Source: an uncultured delta proteobacterium
Lineage (GTDB): Bacteria; Myxococcota; Myxococcia; Myxococcales; Myxococcaceae
Length of the DNA stretch: 64,000 bases
Direction of reading: 5' to 3'
Assembly: GCA_963771175.1 (NCBI GenBank)
Contig: CAVYSY010000033.1
Span: forward strand, 160,001 to 224,000
The notes under the pieces: generated by a model
What the model was told of the DNA's origin: nothing
Databases searched by the model: none
The model's input: the letters and a program-made list of their open reading frames with translations, nothing else
In this document: piece by piece, positions 10,280-19,923 of the stretch
How the letters are laid out: every line of letters starts with the position of its first letter
How positions within the stretch are numbered: the stretch's first letter is position 1
Made by a program: the position numbers and the translations under genes

Positions 10280-10744
10280 ATGAACGCCCGTCTGCTCCTC
10301 GCCTGTGCCACCCTGCTGCTCGCGGCCTGCGCCCCCCGCAACATCCCGGGGACGAAGATTCCCGACACGGAGGACGCCCGCGCCATCCTCAACGTGATGG
10401 AGCACTACCGCTCCGCCATCGAGGCACGCGACGCCAAGGCCCTCCAGCTGCTCGTCTCGAAGTCCTTCCGGGACAACGCCGGCACCGAGGACCCCCAGGA
10501 CGACCTGACCCACGACAACCTGCCCCAGGCGCTCCCCGCCCTCTTCTCCCGGCTGGACACGCCCCGGGTGGAGCTGGACATCCGCCAGGTGAGCGTGAAG
10601 AACGGCGCCGCCACCGTCATCTACTACTGGAACGCGAGCTTCCGGGTGCCGTCGCTGCTCGAGACGCCCCAGCGTGACTCCGAGCTGGAGCAGATGGTCC
10701 TCCAGAGGGAGGGCGATCAGTGGCTCATCGTCTCCGGCATCTGA
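10280..10744 (+). CDS. Lipoprotein, NTF2-like/SnoaL-type fold
   Basis: MNARLLLACATLLLAA|C lipobox; C-terminal LQREGDQWLIVSG pattern typical of NTF2-like proteins; GGAG SD. Confidence 0.7.
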   Translation: MNARLLLACATLLLAACAPRNIPGTKIPDTEDARAILNVMEHYRSAIEARDAKALQLLVSKSFRDNAGTEDPQDDLTHDNLPQALPALFSRLDTPRVELDIRQVSVKNGAATVIYYWNASFRVPSLLETPQRDSELEQMVLQREGDQWLIVSGI

Positions 10745-10768
10745 GCCGCTGAGAGCCGCCGCGCGCGC

Positions 10769-11740
10769 TCACACTCCGGCGAGCGCGCGCAGGCCCCCGG
10801 CCCCCATCTGAGCCAGGGCTCGAGCCCGGGCCAGGTAGGTGCGGAAGTCCTTCGGTGCCAATTTGTCAGGCGGCAGCCCCGAGAGGTGGAAGTCGCGGAT
10901 GCGGCTGGCGGTGTAACGCACCGCCCCGAAGAGCGCGTGGCCGAAGAGGTCCTCCCGCTCCACCGGGACCAGCGAGCGCTCCACCTGGTAGCCGCGCAGC
11001 AGCGCCCGGCACAGCTCCGGCCGGTACGCCCCGTTGTCGAAGCACCACGCGTTGAGGGTGATGGCCACGTCCAGCCCGTACGCGTCCCGGCACGCCATCT
11101 CGAAGTCGAAGAGCGCGCTCACCCGGTCCCCCAGCCACTTCACGTTGTCCATGAAGAGGTCCGCGTGGATGACGCCGCGCGGAGCCAGCCCCCCGCGCTC
11201 CTGCTCGGCCCGCTCCAGGTAGCCCTGCAGCTCGAGGGCGATGGCGGACAGCTCCGCGTCCGGGTGCTGGCGCAGCCCCTCCAGCCAGCCGCGCACCACC
11301 TCGGGGCCGTAGGGGTTGGTGCGCGAGCCCCCGAAGGACAGGGTGACGCGGTGTAGCTTGCCCAGCTCCATCCCCAGGCCCTCGAGGTGCTCGGGGGTGA
11401 GCTGCGCGCGGGTGAGCTCCTCGCCCGGCAGCCACGCGAAGACGCTCACCCGGCCCCCCTCCATCTCCAGGAAGGGCTGGCCCTCGCGCGTGGAGACGAG
11501 CCGCGGCGCGGGGACGTGGGACTCGTTGAGCAGCGCCAGCAGCTCCGCCTCGAAGCGCAAATCCGCCGCCGAGCGCACCGTGGTGTGCCGCACGAAGTAG
11601 CGCCCGGAGGCCGTCACCAGCCGGTAGTTGGAGTTGATGGAGCCCTGGGGGATGCCCGCGAACTCGCGCGCGGGTCCCAATCCGTAGGCCTCCGAGAGCC
11701 GGGTGAAGGCCGAAGTGTCGAGTGTGGTGTAGAGCGCCAT
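10769..11740 (-). CDS. thrB: Homoserine kinase type II (APH/kinase-like fold)
   Basis: MALYT, GIPQGSINSNY, GVIHADLFMDNV, LFDFE, RYTASRIRD motifs. Confidence 0.88.
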   Translation of the reverse strand: MALYTTLDTSAFTRLSEAYGLGPAREFAGIPQGSINSNYRLVTASGRYFVRHTTVRSAADLRFEAELLALLNESHVPAPRLVSTREGQPFLEMEGGRVSVFAWLPGEELTRAQLTPEHLEGLGMELGKLHRVTLSFGGSRTNPYGPEVVRGWLEGLRQHPDAELSAIALELQGYLERAEQERGGLAPRGVIHADLFMDNVKWLGDRVSALFDFEMACRDAYGLDVAITLNAWCFDNGAYRPELCRALLRGYQVERSLVPVEREDLFGHALFGAVRYTASRIRDFHLSGLPPDKLAPKDFRTYLARARALAQMGAGGLRALAGV

Positions 11741-11889
11741 GGATGATGTCCTCCGGGGAACGACTCGCCGCCCCGCGCCGGCCGCCCCGCGTTGACGCCC
11801 CGAGGCACCAGACCTAACTACGAACGGCCCCATCGTCTCATTCATAAACGTCCGAAACCATTCAAATTTCAGCTTCGGAGGCGCCCTCC

Positions 11890-13485
11890 ATGGCCGCGAA
11901 GGATGGAAGCAACGGCGGGCAGCGGGACTGGAGGAGGAGGGAGAGCCTGACGAGCGCGCTCGTGCAGGTAGGGGTGGTGGCGGTGCTGCTGGCGGGCGCG
12001 GTGACGTACGTGGTGCACCGGGGCTCGGTGCGGCAGCAGACGGATGCGCGGATGAAGGCAGCGCGGACGGCGGCCCAGCGCGACAACCCGGCGGACCTGC
12101 GCAAGGCGCTGACGGAGCTGGAGGCCCTCTTCCAGCTCGACGCGGACGTGCGCGACGCCCAGGCGCTGGCGGCGGACGTGAACACGCGACTGTGGCTGGA
12201 GTACCGCCAGCCCGAGTCCGAGGCCCGGGCCCGCGAGCACCTCGCGCGCGCCGAGGCGTTGGACTCGCGCTCGGGCGAGCGCTACGGGGCCAAGGCCCTG
12301 CTGCTGCTCGCCGAGGGTAAGTCCGCCGAGGCGGAGAAGTACCTGGAGGAGCTGAAGACACAGGGGGCCAAGAGCCCCAGGCTGTCGCTCGCGGAGGCGA
12401 AGCTGCTGCTGGAGCGAGGACGGCTCTCGGATGCACGACTGGCCTTCTCGCGGGCGAGCGAGGCCGCCTGGAGGGAGCCGCGCTACCCCGTGGCCCATGG
12501 TGAGGCCCTGCTCGACGAGGGCATGTACGCCCAGGCCGCCGAGGCGATGAAGAAGGCACTGGCGGCGAACCCGGATCATCTGCGGGCGAGGCTCTCGCTG
12601 ACGCTCGCCCGGCTGTACCAGGGCGAGGGCCGGGAGGAGGCCGCCAAGGTCGTCTCCGAGATGCTGTCACGCGAGGCCGAGCTCGGCCCGGCGCTGAAGG
12701 CCCGCCTACGAGTGGTCCAGGCCGCCCTGGCGCTGGCGGAGGGACGCGCGGACGAGGCCCAGAAAGCCGCCGAGGAGTCTCTCGCCGCCGTTCCGGACGA
12801 GCACCATGCCCTCTTCGTCCGAGCGCGGGCACTGGCCCTGAAGAAGGACCCGGGCGCGCGCGCGGCCTTTCAGGAGGCGGTGGCGAAGCATCGGACGGCC
12901 CCCCTCCTCTATCTGGATGGCGCCCGGGCGCTGCAGCAGGCGGGAGATGGCGAGGGCGCCCTGGCGCTGCTGGACGCCTACGAGGCCGTCTTTCGCGACG
13001 TGCGGGTGGCCGCTCCCGAGGGAAAGACGGTGGGCGCGCTGGAGCGGGACGAGCGGTACTGGCTGGCGCGGGGCAACGTGATGGAGGCGCTGGGCCGCGC
13101 GGACGACGCGATGGGCGCCTATGACAAGGCCATGGCGGTGAAGGGCGTGGGCCTGGCGCGCGCGCAGTACGCGAAGGCGGTGCTGCTGATGGCGCGCAAG
13201 GACTACGACGGCGCCCAACCGCTGCTGACCGAGGTGGCGCCGGAGAACGGCATGGGCGCCATGCCCGAGGCCTACGAGGCCCTCGGCGACCTGCTCTTCG
13301 CTCGGGGCGAGTACGCCAACGGGTGCCAGCGCTACTTCCTCGGGCTGACCCGCGCGCGGCTCCAGGGGGCGCCGCTCGAGACGCTGAAGGCGAAGGCCTC
13401 GGACGTGGAGAAGCGCCTGACGGCCGCGGGACAGCCCTCCATGGCCAAGGCGTGGAAGACCGAGGCGGAGGCGATGCTGCGGTAG
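11890..13485 (+). CDS. Membrane-anchored TPR-repeat protein
   Basis: One N-terminal TM segment (VQVGVVAVLLAGAVTYVV), then Ala-rich helical TPR-like repeats. Confidence 0.75.
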   Translation: MAAKDGSNGGQRDWRRRESLTSALVQVGVVAVLLAGAVTYVVHRGSVRQQTDARMKAARTAAQRDNPADLRKALTELEALFQLDADVRDAQALAADVNTRLWLEYRQPESEARAREHLARAEALDSRSGERYGAKALLLLAEGKSAEAEKYLEELKTQGAKSPRLSLAEAKLLLERGRLSDARLAFSRASEAAWREPRYPVAHGEALLDEGMYAQAAEAMKKALAANPDHLRARLSLTLARLYQGEGREEAAKVVSEMLSREAELGPALKARLRVVQAALALAEGRADEAQKAAEESLAAVPDEHHALFVRARALALKKDPGARAAFQEAVAKHRTAPLLYLDGARALQQAGDGEGALALLDAYEAVFRDVRVAAPEGKTVGALERDERYWLARGNVMEALGRADDAMGAYDKAMAVKGVGLARAQYAKAVLLMARKDYDGAQPLLTEVAPENGMGAMPEAYEALGDLLFARGEYANGCQRYFLGLTRARLQGAPLETLKAKASDVEKRLTAAGQPSMAKAWKTEAEAMLR

Positions 13486-13526
13486 GGAATTCCGCGGGCG
13501 CGAAGTCCAGACGGGGGGAAGACGAT

Positions 13527-14942
13527 ATGGCTTTGGACCGGGCAGGGGTTCCCTGGCTCACACCAGTTCTGCTTGCCGCGGGCGTGGCATGGCTGCTGCT
13601 TGATGTGCTCACCCCCCGCGCCATCTTCATCCCGCCCGACGGGTGGATGTACTGGCAGGCCTCGGTGAACCTGCTCGAGGGCCACGGCTACCAGGACTTC
13701 CGAGGCGTCCCGCTCATCTGGTGGCCGCCGCTGTACGCCGCGTTCCTCGCCGGGTGGCAAGCGCTCTGGGGCGTCTCCGGAACAGCGCTCGTGCATGCGA
13801 ACAAAGCGCTGGCCGCCGTGGCCGCGGCGGGCTGGGTCTCCCTGTACGTGACCACGCGTCAGGCGGAGGGGGAGCGCATCAGCCGGAAGGAATGGCCCGA
13901 GCTCGCCCTGGTCCTGCTCTTCGCGGCCCTGGCGGTGGCCAGCACCTGTAACGGCGTGCTGGCCAACAACCTCGTCCACGCCCTGGTGCCGTTCGCCCTC
14001 GCGAGCGCTGTCTCGCTCACGACCGCCGCCTCTTCGGCGAGCCTCCTGCGGCGGGCCGCGGCCCTGACCTTGCTCGGAGCCGCGCTGATGCTCACGCACA
14101 ACTCGAGTCTGACGCTCCTGCCGCCGCTGAGCCTGTCGGCCCTGCTGGCCCGCGGAGGGACCCGCACCACCCGCTGGGCCGCGGCGGCGCTCGTTTCGGT
14201 CGTGCCCCTGGGGATGTGGCTGGCCGTACGTCGGGCCCTCGGACTCTTCTCGAGCCACACCCTCGGCTGGGGAGCCTCGCCCCTGACGCCGCTGGAGCAT
14301 CTCGGGACTCTCACGCGGAGCGTGGGGGAGCTCCTCTTCACCACCTGGAGGGGACAGCACCTCCCCGTCCTGGTGGGTGTGCTCGGCTGTCTGGGGCTCC
14401 TCGTGGCGCGGGCCCGCCGGGAGCGAGGCCATTTCCCCGCCGAGGCGGTCCCCCTCTCCGTCACCCTGTTCGCCGCGGGGGCGCTCTTCCTCCTGTTCAA
14501 CCTGGTGCACCTGGAGAACGGGCTGGGACGCCGCTTCACCCTGTTCATTCCCCTGACGCTCGTGCCCTCACTGCTGGCGCTTCGACGTGCGGCGAAGGGC
14601 CCTCGATGGCTCGGGGCGCTCTCGCTGGCGCTGGCGGTGCTGGCCACCGTCTCGGCGGGGTACCGGTATGTCGAATCGCTGCGGGCCTCGCGGCGCGTCA
14701 CGCCGTTCGAGCCGGCCCACTGGCAGGAGCAGGCGAGTGCCCTCGCCTACCGGGAGCTGACCCTCACCCCGGGCTACCTGGAAGGGCCCGTCACGGAGAA
14801 GGGACAGCAGTGGCTCGTGCCGCCACCGCGCGTGGCCTGGTACGAGCGGGACTTCCAGCGCGCCCTGAGCAGGAACCAGGGCACCGCGGAACCGGGGCCA
14901 CCCCTCTCGGCCACGCAGCGGGACGAGGCCCCGCTGCCCTGA
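13527..14942 (+). CDS. Polytopic membrane protein, possibly a GT-C fold glycosyltransferase
   Basis: About 10 hydrophobic segments; PDGWMY after TM1 and WPPLY motif, resembling PMT/ArnT-like GT-C enzymes. Confidence 0.5.
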   Translation: MALDRAGVPWLTPVLLAAGVAWLLLDVLTPRAIFIPPDGWMYWQASVNLLEGHGYQDFRGVPLIWWPPLYAAFLAGWQALWGVSGTALVHANKALAAVAAAGWVSLYVTTRQAEGERISRKEWPELALVLLFAALAVASTCNGVLANNLVHALVPFALASAVSLTTAASSASLLRRAAALTLLGAALMLTHNSSLTLLPPLSLSALLARGGTRTTRWAAAALVSVVPLGMWLAVRRALGLFSSHTLGWGASPLTPLEHLGTLTRSVGELLFTTWRGQHLPVLVGVLGCLGLLVARARRERGHFPAEAVPLSVTLFAAGALFLLFNLVHLENGLGRRFTLFIPLTLVPSLLALRRAAKGPRWLGALSLALAVLATVSAGYRYVESLRASRRVTPFEPAHWQEQASALAYRELTLTPGYLEGPVTEKGQQWLVPPPRVAWYERDFQRALSRNQGTAEPGPPLSATQRDEAPLP

Positions 14943-14946
14943 CGCC

Positions 14947-15438
14947 TCAGAACAGCTCGGTCGGGCTCAGCGAGCGGTGGCGGGCCTGGATGATGCGCCA
15001 CTCGCCATCGCCCTGCTTCTCGAACGTCCCCTCGATGAGGTAGGCGCTCAGCACGCTCTCCTGCGCGAGGTTCTCGAGTTGGTCCGCCTCGGAGCGGCCG
15101 AAGATGATCTTCATCTGCACGTCGCCGCGGGCGGGGTTCACCTCGGTCACGGACAGGTCCTTCACGAAGACGCGGACCCAGCTCCCGCGCAGCACCTGAC
15201 CCACCAGCACGCCCTTCACCTGCTGCTTGTTCCACCCCTCGCCGGACTGGAAGTTGTCGGAGACGCCCTCCATCAGCTCCGCCATGTCCTTGCGCTCGGC
15301 GGCGTCGGTCATCTTCACGACCTGGCGGGTGATGGCCTCCTTCACCCCGGGCTCCTCCCGGGGCCAGAAGGCCAGCACCGCCCCCGCGGCCAGCAACGCC
15401 ATCACCAGCCCCAGCACATGCACTCTCGACAGCGTCAT
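14947..15438 (-). CDS. Membrane-anchored NTF2-like hypothetical protein
   Basis: N-terminal TM; AERKDMAELMEGVSDNF and FEKQGDGEWRI patterns. Confidence 0.6.
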   Translation of the reverse strand: MTLSRVHVLGLVMALLAAGAVLAFWPREEPGVKEAITRQVVKMTDAAERKDMAELMEGVSDNFQSGEGWNKQQVKGVLVGQVLRGSWVRVFVKDLSVTEVNPARGDVQMKIIFGRSEADQLENLAQESVLSAYLIEGTFEKQGDGEWRIIQARHRSLSPTELF

Positions 15439-15454
15439 CCGTCGCTCCCCGGCC

Positions 15455-16795
15455 TCACGCAGCCCCGGTGTCTTCGCTCTCCAACAACAGCTCGTCCGCG
15501 TCGATGATCTCCGCGGGCCGCAGCGCCTCGCCGATCTGCTTCAGCCGGCGATCCGAGAGCTGCTCCAGGTACTTCTTGATGTGCGGGTACGTCTTCACCA
15601 GCTCGTTGAAGGCCGAGCGATCCAGGAAGGACGTCGCCGTCTTGCGCTGGGACACCACGGTGGCCGTGGCGCGCAGGCCGGTGAGGAGGGAGATTTCGCC
15701 CGCCACCTCGCCCTCGCGCAGCATGCCCAGGCGCACGGTGCCGCCGGCCGGGTCGTCCTTCTGCACCACCAGCTCGCCCGCCAGCACCAGGAAGAGGCCC
15801 GGCGAGTGCTCGCCCTCCACCAGCACCTTCTCCCCGGGCTGCAGCGCGCGGAAGGAGAAGCGCTGCAGTAGCGCGTCCCGCTCGGACTCGGGCATGGGCT
15901 GGAACAGCGGCGAGGTGGCCATCAGGTTGCGCTCCATGCGCTTCTGCGCGAACGCGGCCAGCACCTGCGGCACCGAGGGGAAGCTCTTGGCCACCGCGTT
16001 GAGGTGCTCGCGGCGGATCTCGAACACCTCCATGTCCGAGACGGCGGTGACGGTGGCCGTGGGCGGAGTGCCCGTCAGCAGCGACAGCTCACCGAAGATG
16101 GAGCCACCCCCGAGGAAGCCCAGCGTCCGCTCCTCGCCCTCGACCCGCCGCGTCACCTCCGCCTTGCCGGCGACGATGACGTTCAGCCGATCCGAGGCAT
16201 CCCCCTCGGAGCTCACCACCTCCTCGGGCTTGATGCTCCGGTAGCCCATGCGGCCCACCAGGTCGATGAAGGCGTCGAGCTCCAGGTCCGCGAAGAGCGG
16301 CAGGGGCGGCCGGTCGCTCGGGTTGGCGGAGCCGCCCGGATCCGGCGCGGCGAGCACCTCGATGGCCCGGTCGCTCAGCTCCTCGCCGGACAAGCCCATC
16401 AGGTCCGTGTCCACCTTGCCGTCATAGAGCGTCTCGGGCGGCAGCGGCGGAGGCACCGAGGCGCGTCCGGCCACGTTGCGCGCCGCGCGCGCGTGCAGCC
16501 GGGCCAGCGTGTCCTTCAGCCGCCGCTCCTGGGGCGCCAGATCCAGCCCCAGCTTGCACGCCGCCATCGCGGACAGCAGGTAGTCGCGCCGCAGCAGGCC
16601 CTCCGCGCAGGCGTGGTACACGGTCACCGCCCGCTCGCGCTCTCCCAGCTCCGCCAGACACCGCGCGGCCAGCATCCGCGAGCGGTGGTCCTTCGGAAGC
16701 CGGCGCACCGCCTCGGCGAATACCGCGAGCGCTCGCTCGAACTGGCGATCCTCCAGGAGGTCCAACCCCAATTCCCGCAACGATGAGTCGTTCAT
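15455..16795 (-). CDS. Tandem cyclic-nucleotide-binding domain protein with N-terminal TPR
   Basis: Two cNMP domains (GSIFGELSLL...TATV; GEVAGEISLL...ATATV); N-terminal TPR-like helices; GGAG SD before MNDSS. Confidence 0.85.
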   Translation of the reverse strand: MNDSSLRELGLDLLEDRQFERALAVFAEAVRRLPKDHRSRMLAARCLAELGERERAVTVYHACAEGLLRRDYLLSAMAACKLGLDLAPQERRLKDTLARLHARAARNVAGRASVPPPLPPETLYDGKVDTDLMGLSGEELSDRAIEVLAAPDPGGSANPSDRPPLPLFADLELDAFIDLVGRMGYRSIKPEEVVSSEGDASDRLNVIVAGKAEVTRRVEGEERTLGFLGGGSIFGELSLLTGTPPTATVTAVSDMEVFEIRREHLNAVAKSFPSVPQVLAAFAQKRMERNLMATSPLFQPMPESERDALLQRFSFRALQPGEKVLVEGEHSPGLFLVLAGELVVQKDDPAGGTVRLGMLREGEVAGEISLLTGLRATATVVSQRKTATSFLDRSAFNELVKTYPHIKKYLEQLSDRRLKQIGEALRPAEIIDADELLLESEDTGAA

Positions 16796-16837
16796 CCCTC
16801 TCCTCCACGAACCAATCGGGGTGACGCTATACCCCAC

Positions 16838-18847
16838 TCACTGCTGTTCGAGCGCCTCGAGTTGCGTCTGCGCCTTGGTCTTCAGCTCGGAGCCCTCGGC
16901 CGCGAGCTGGACGATCAGCCGGAACTTATCCGCCGAGGCCACTGGATCCCTATCCCTCTGGACGTAGGCCTGCATGTACAGGCCATCCAGCTTCTCCTGG
17001 ATGCTGTCCAGGCCCGCCTGAGCCTTGGAGTCCTCCGGGCGCAGGCGCAGGGCATCGTTGAAGAAGCCGGCGGCGTTGGACAGGTCGTTGCGAGCCAGCG
17101 CCGCCTTGCCCGCGACGACCGCGGACCCCGCGAGCTGCTTGTCGATGCTGTCCCCCACGGGGCCCTTGAAGCCGATCTGCCGGTACAGGTCCGCCGAGCT
17201 ACGCAGCGGGCGCGCCGCGGACTCCAGGGCGTTGGCCTGCACCTTGCGCAGGGCGTCCTGGTAGACGCGCGCGAACTTGGGAATGAGCGTCTTGAGCTGC
17301 TTCGCCCGGTCGCGGATCTCCTTGTCGGTGCTGTGGGTGTCAATGACCCGATCGCACTCGAGCGCCGCGCGCGCGTAGTCGCCCGAGTTGAAGCGCGTCT
17401 CCACCATGCTGAAAGCGGCGACGATGAACGCCTCGCGCTGCTCCTTGGCCCGCCGGGCGGCGGCGGCCTTGAGCGCCCGCTCCCGGGCCGCCGCGTCCTG
17501 GGCCTCCTCGGCGAGCAGCAGCTCCAGCGCCTCCAGCTTGCTCAGGTACAGTGGCTGGAGCTCGATGGGCAGTCGCTGGATGAGCGCCCGAGCGCCCTCC
17601 ACGTCCCGAGCCTCCAGCGCCGCCTCCACCTGCTTCACCAGGTACTCGACCTCGAGCTTATCCAGCTCGGCCTCGAGCTTCTCGCGCATGTCCTCGGTGA
17701 GCTGCGCGGTGCCGTGCGGCGTCGCTTCCAGCAATGCGCGCGCCTCGTCGAACTTGTTCTCGTCCGCGAGCTGGCGCACCTGCGCGAACGCCTGGACGAT
17801 GGACAGCTCCTTGCGCGCCACGGGCAGGAAGCCTTCCGTGTCCACGCCCGGGAAGAGCGCCTCCGCCTCCTCGGCCAGCGCCACCGCCTGCGCGTAGCCT
17901 CCGGCGCGGAAGGCCTTGCGCGCCTCCTGCATCAGCCCCCGGGCCTGCTCCAGCTTCGGGTTGGGCGGGGGCGGGGGCGGCGGGCCCCGCTTGATGAAGA
18001 GGACGCTTCCTCCAATGAGGGCGAGCAGCAGCACGAGCACGCCCGCCGCGATGAGCCCTATCTTGCGCTTGGGCTGGTTGCGGCGCGGGATGTCCTTGAT
18101 GTCGCGGACCTGCGTCTTGTTGTTCTCCTCGCCATTGGGCGCCGGCTCGCCGCTCTCGGCGTTGGCTCCAGCCTCCGCTGGCCGTGCCTCCTCGCCCGCG
18201 GCCTCGCCCGAGGCGGCCGCGGCGGCCTTCTTCTCCGCGACCTCCTTCTTCTTGCGCTCCGCCTCCTCGGCCTCGGCGCGCATCCGCTTGATGCGCTCCT
18301 GCTCGTCGATGAAGCGCAGCTTCGTGCGGCCGATGAAGACGACGTCGTCGTGGACCAGCATGCACTCGTCCACGCGCTCGTCGTTCACCTTGGTGCCGTT
18401 GCCGCTGCCGAGGTCGCGCATCAGCACGCCACTCTCGCCACCGAACACCAGTTCCACGTGGCGGCGAGACACGGACTGGTCGCTGAGCACGAGGTCGCAA
18501 TCCTGCCCCCGGCCGATGACCATGCGCACGCTCTTGAAGCGCTTGCGCTTGCCGCGGTCCGGGCCCTCGATGATCTCCAGCGACAGGGGAGGACCGGCGC
18601 GCGTGGCGTCCGGGTTGTCGTCGTCGTCCTCCATGGGAGGAATCTCCTCCTCGGCCGTGCTCACGTCGTAGGCGCCCTCATCGCCCTCGGCGTCCCCCTG
18701 CTCCTCCTCGGGGTACTCCTCCTCGCGGGGAGCACGGCGGGCACTGGGGGCGGCCTTGACACGGGTCTTGCTCTGCTCGTCCAACCCGGCCTCTTCGGAC
18801 GGATCAGCGGGCATTGAACGGGAGGGGCGACGGGACGGGGGAGCCAT
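16838..18847 (-). CDS. FHA-domain, single-TM protein with periplasmic TPR region
   Basis: Acidic N-terminus; FHA motifs IGRG, SVSRRH, DLGSGNGT; TM LIAAGVLVLLLALIGG; poly-Pro linker; TPR-like C-terminus. Confidence 0.85.
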   Translation of the reverse strand: MAPPSRRPSRSMPADPSEEAGLDEQSKTRVKAAPSARRAPREEEYPEEEQGDAEGDEGAYDVSTAEEEIPPMEDDDDNPDATRAGPPLSLEIIEGPDRGKRKRFKSVRMVIGRGQDCDLVLSDQSVSRRHVELVFGGESGVLMRDLGSGNGTKVNDERVDECMLVHDDVVFIGRTKLRFIDEQERIKRMRAEAEEAERKKKEVAEKKAAAAASGEAAGEEARPAEAGANAESGEPAPNGEENNKTQVRDIKDIPRRNQPKRKIGLIAAGVLVLLLALIGGSVLFIKRGPPPPPPPNPKLEQARGLMQEARKAFRAGGYAQAVALAEEAEALFPGVDTEGFLPVARKELSIVQAFAQVRQLADENKFDEARALLEATPHGTAQLTEDMREKLEAELDKLEVEYLVKQVEAALEARDVEGARALIQRLPIELQPLYLSKLEALELLLAEEAQDAAARERALKAAAARRAKEQREAFIVAAFSMVETRFNSGDYARAALECDRVIDTHSTDKEIRDRAKQLKTLIPKFARVYQDALRKVQANALESAARPLRSSADLYRQIGFKGPVGDSIDKQLAGSAVVAGKAALARNDLSNAAGFFNDALRLRPEDSKAQAGLDSIQEKLDGLYMQAYVQRDRDPVASADKFRLIVQLAAEGSELKTKAQTQLEALEQQ

Positions 18848-19033
18848 GCGGCCCGGCATCTTAGAGCGCCGGACCCGGACTTGTAGACGCCTCCGCGCCG
18901 ACAATCGCGAATGATGTAGGCCAAAGTGTGCCCTCCCAGGCGCGACACCATGCCGCACCCGGTGACGAATCCGCTGCTGGTAGGGATGGCGGTGCCAGCC
19001 CCGCTGACCACTCCCACGATTCCGAGGTAGACG

Positions 19034-19882
19034 ATGAAGGTCCTGAAGAAGCCCCTCCCCGCGCTCCTGCTGCTCTCCTCGCTTCCCCTGCTCCAGGCGT
19101 GCGAAGTCCCCGAGAAGCAGCACACCGTGAAGTTCAGCCCGCAGGTGGGCGAGCAGCCGCTGAGCTGCACTTCCAGCTACACGGGCATCGGGAAGACGGC
19201 CACCACCATTGAGCTGCTGGACTTCAGGCTCTACGTGCGAGACGTGACGCTCGTACGCGCCAACGGCGAGAAGCACCCGCTCGTGCTGGATCAGGATGGG
19301 ACGTGGCAGCGGGAGTCCGTCGCGCTGCTGGATTTCGCGGACGGAACCGGCACCTGCGAAACCGGCAGCCCCGATACGCGCATGGAAGTGGTGGGCCGGG
19401 CACCGGACTTCGATGACTACACCGGCCTGGAGTTCTCGCTGGGGGTGCCCGAGGCGCTGAACCACCTGAACATCACGTCCCCGGCTCCGCTCAACATCGA
19501 ACCCATGTGGTGGAGCTGGATGATGGGCTACAAGTTCATGCGCCTGGATGTGCGTACCCCCAAGAACCCGTCCTTCGTCTTCCACCTGGGCTCGACCGGC
19601 TGCACCGGCAGCCCGGCGGAGGGCTATACCTGCGCGGCCTCCAACCAGCCGACGGTGACCCTGAGCGGCTTCGACCCCAGCCGCAACCAGGTGGTGCTCG
19701 ATGTGGCGGGCCTCTACGCCAACTCGGACCTGGACCACACCATCGACCAGAAGACGGACCTCACCGCCGGCTGCATGTCGAAACCCACGGATCCCGAGTG
19801 CCCCGCGCTCTTCTCCCAGGTGGGACTGGCGGAGGATGGCACTCCGCGAACCGTGCCCGCGTCGTTCATCCGCGTCCGGTAG
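19034..19882 (+). CDS. mbnP: MbnP-family copper-binding lipoprotein (metallo-mystery pair four-Cys protein)
   Basis: Lipobox LQAC; DFRLYV, LGVPEALNH, MWWSWMMGYKFMRLD (WxW motif), HLGSTGC, GCMS..DPEC. Confidence 0.88.
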   Translation: MKVLKKPLPALLLLSSLPLLQACEVPEKQHTVKFSPQVGEQPLSCTSSYTGIGKTATTIELLDFRLYVRDVTLVRANGEKHPLVLDQDGTWQRESVALLDFADGTGTCETGSPDTRMEVVGRAPDFDDYTGLEFSLGVPEALNHLNITSPAPLNIEPMWWSWMMGYKFMRLDVRTPKNPSFVFHLGSTGCTGSPAEGYTCAASNQPTVTLSGFDPSRNQVVLDVAGLYANSDLDHTIDQKTDLTAGCMSKPTDPECPALFSQVGLAEDGTPRTVPASFIRVR

Positions 19883-19923
19883 TCCGCGAAGAAACGCCCC
19901 TGGAGTGAAAGGAGTCCTCCCGC

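Noticed and set aside
7841..10744. 967-aa single ORF joining the membrane protein to the lipoprotein
   Set aside because: Results from the frameshift near 8340; the middle part is off-frame. Two genes are better supported.
11741..13630. Long N-terminal extension of the 953-aa ORF ending in thrB
   Set aside because: Low-complexity Arg/Pro antisense read-through of the TPR gene; the real thrB start is at 11740.
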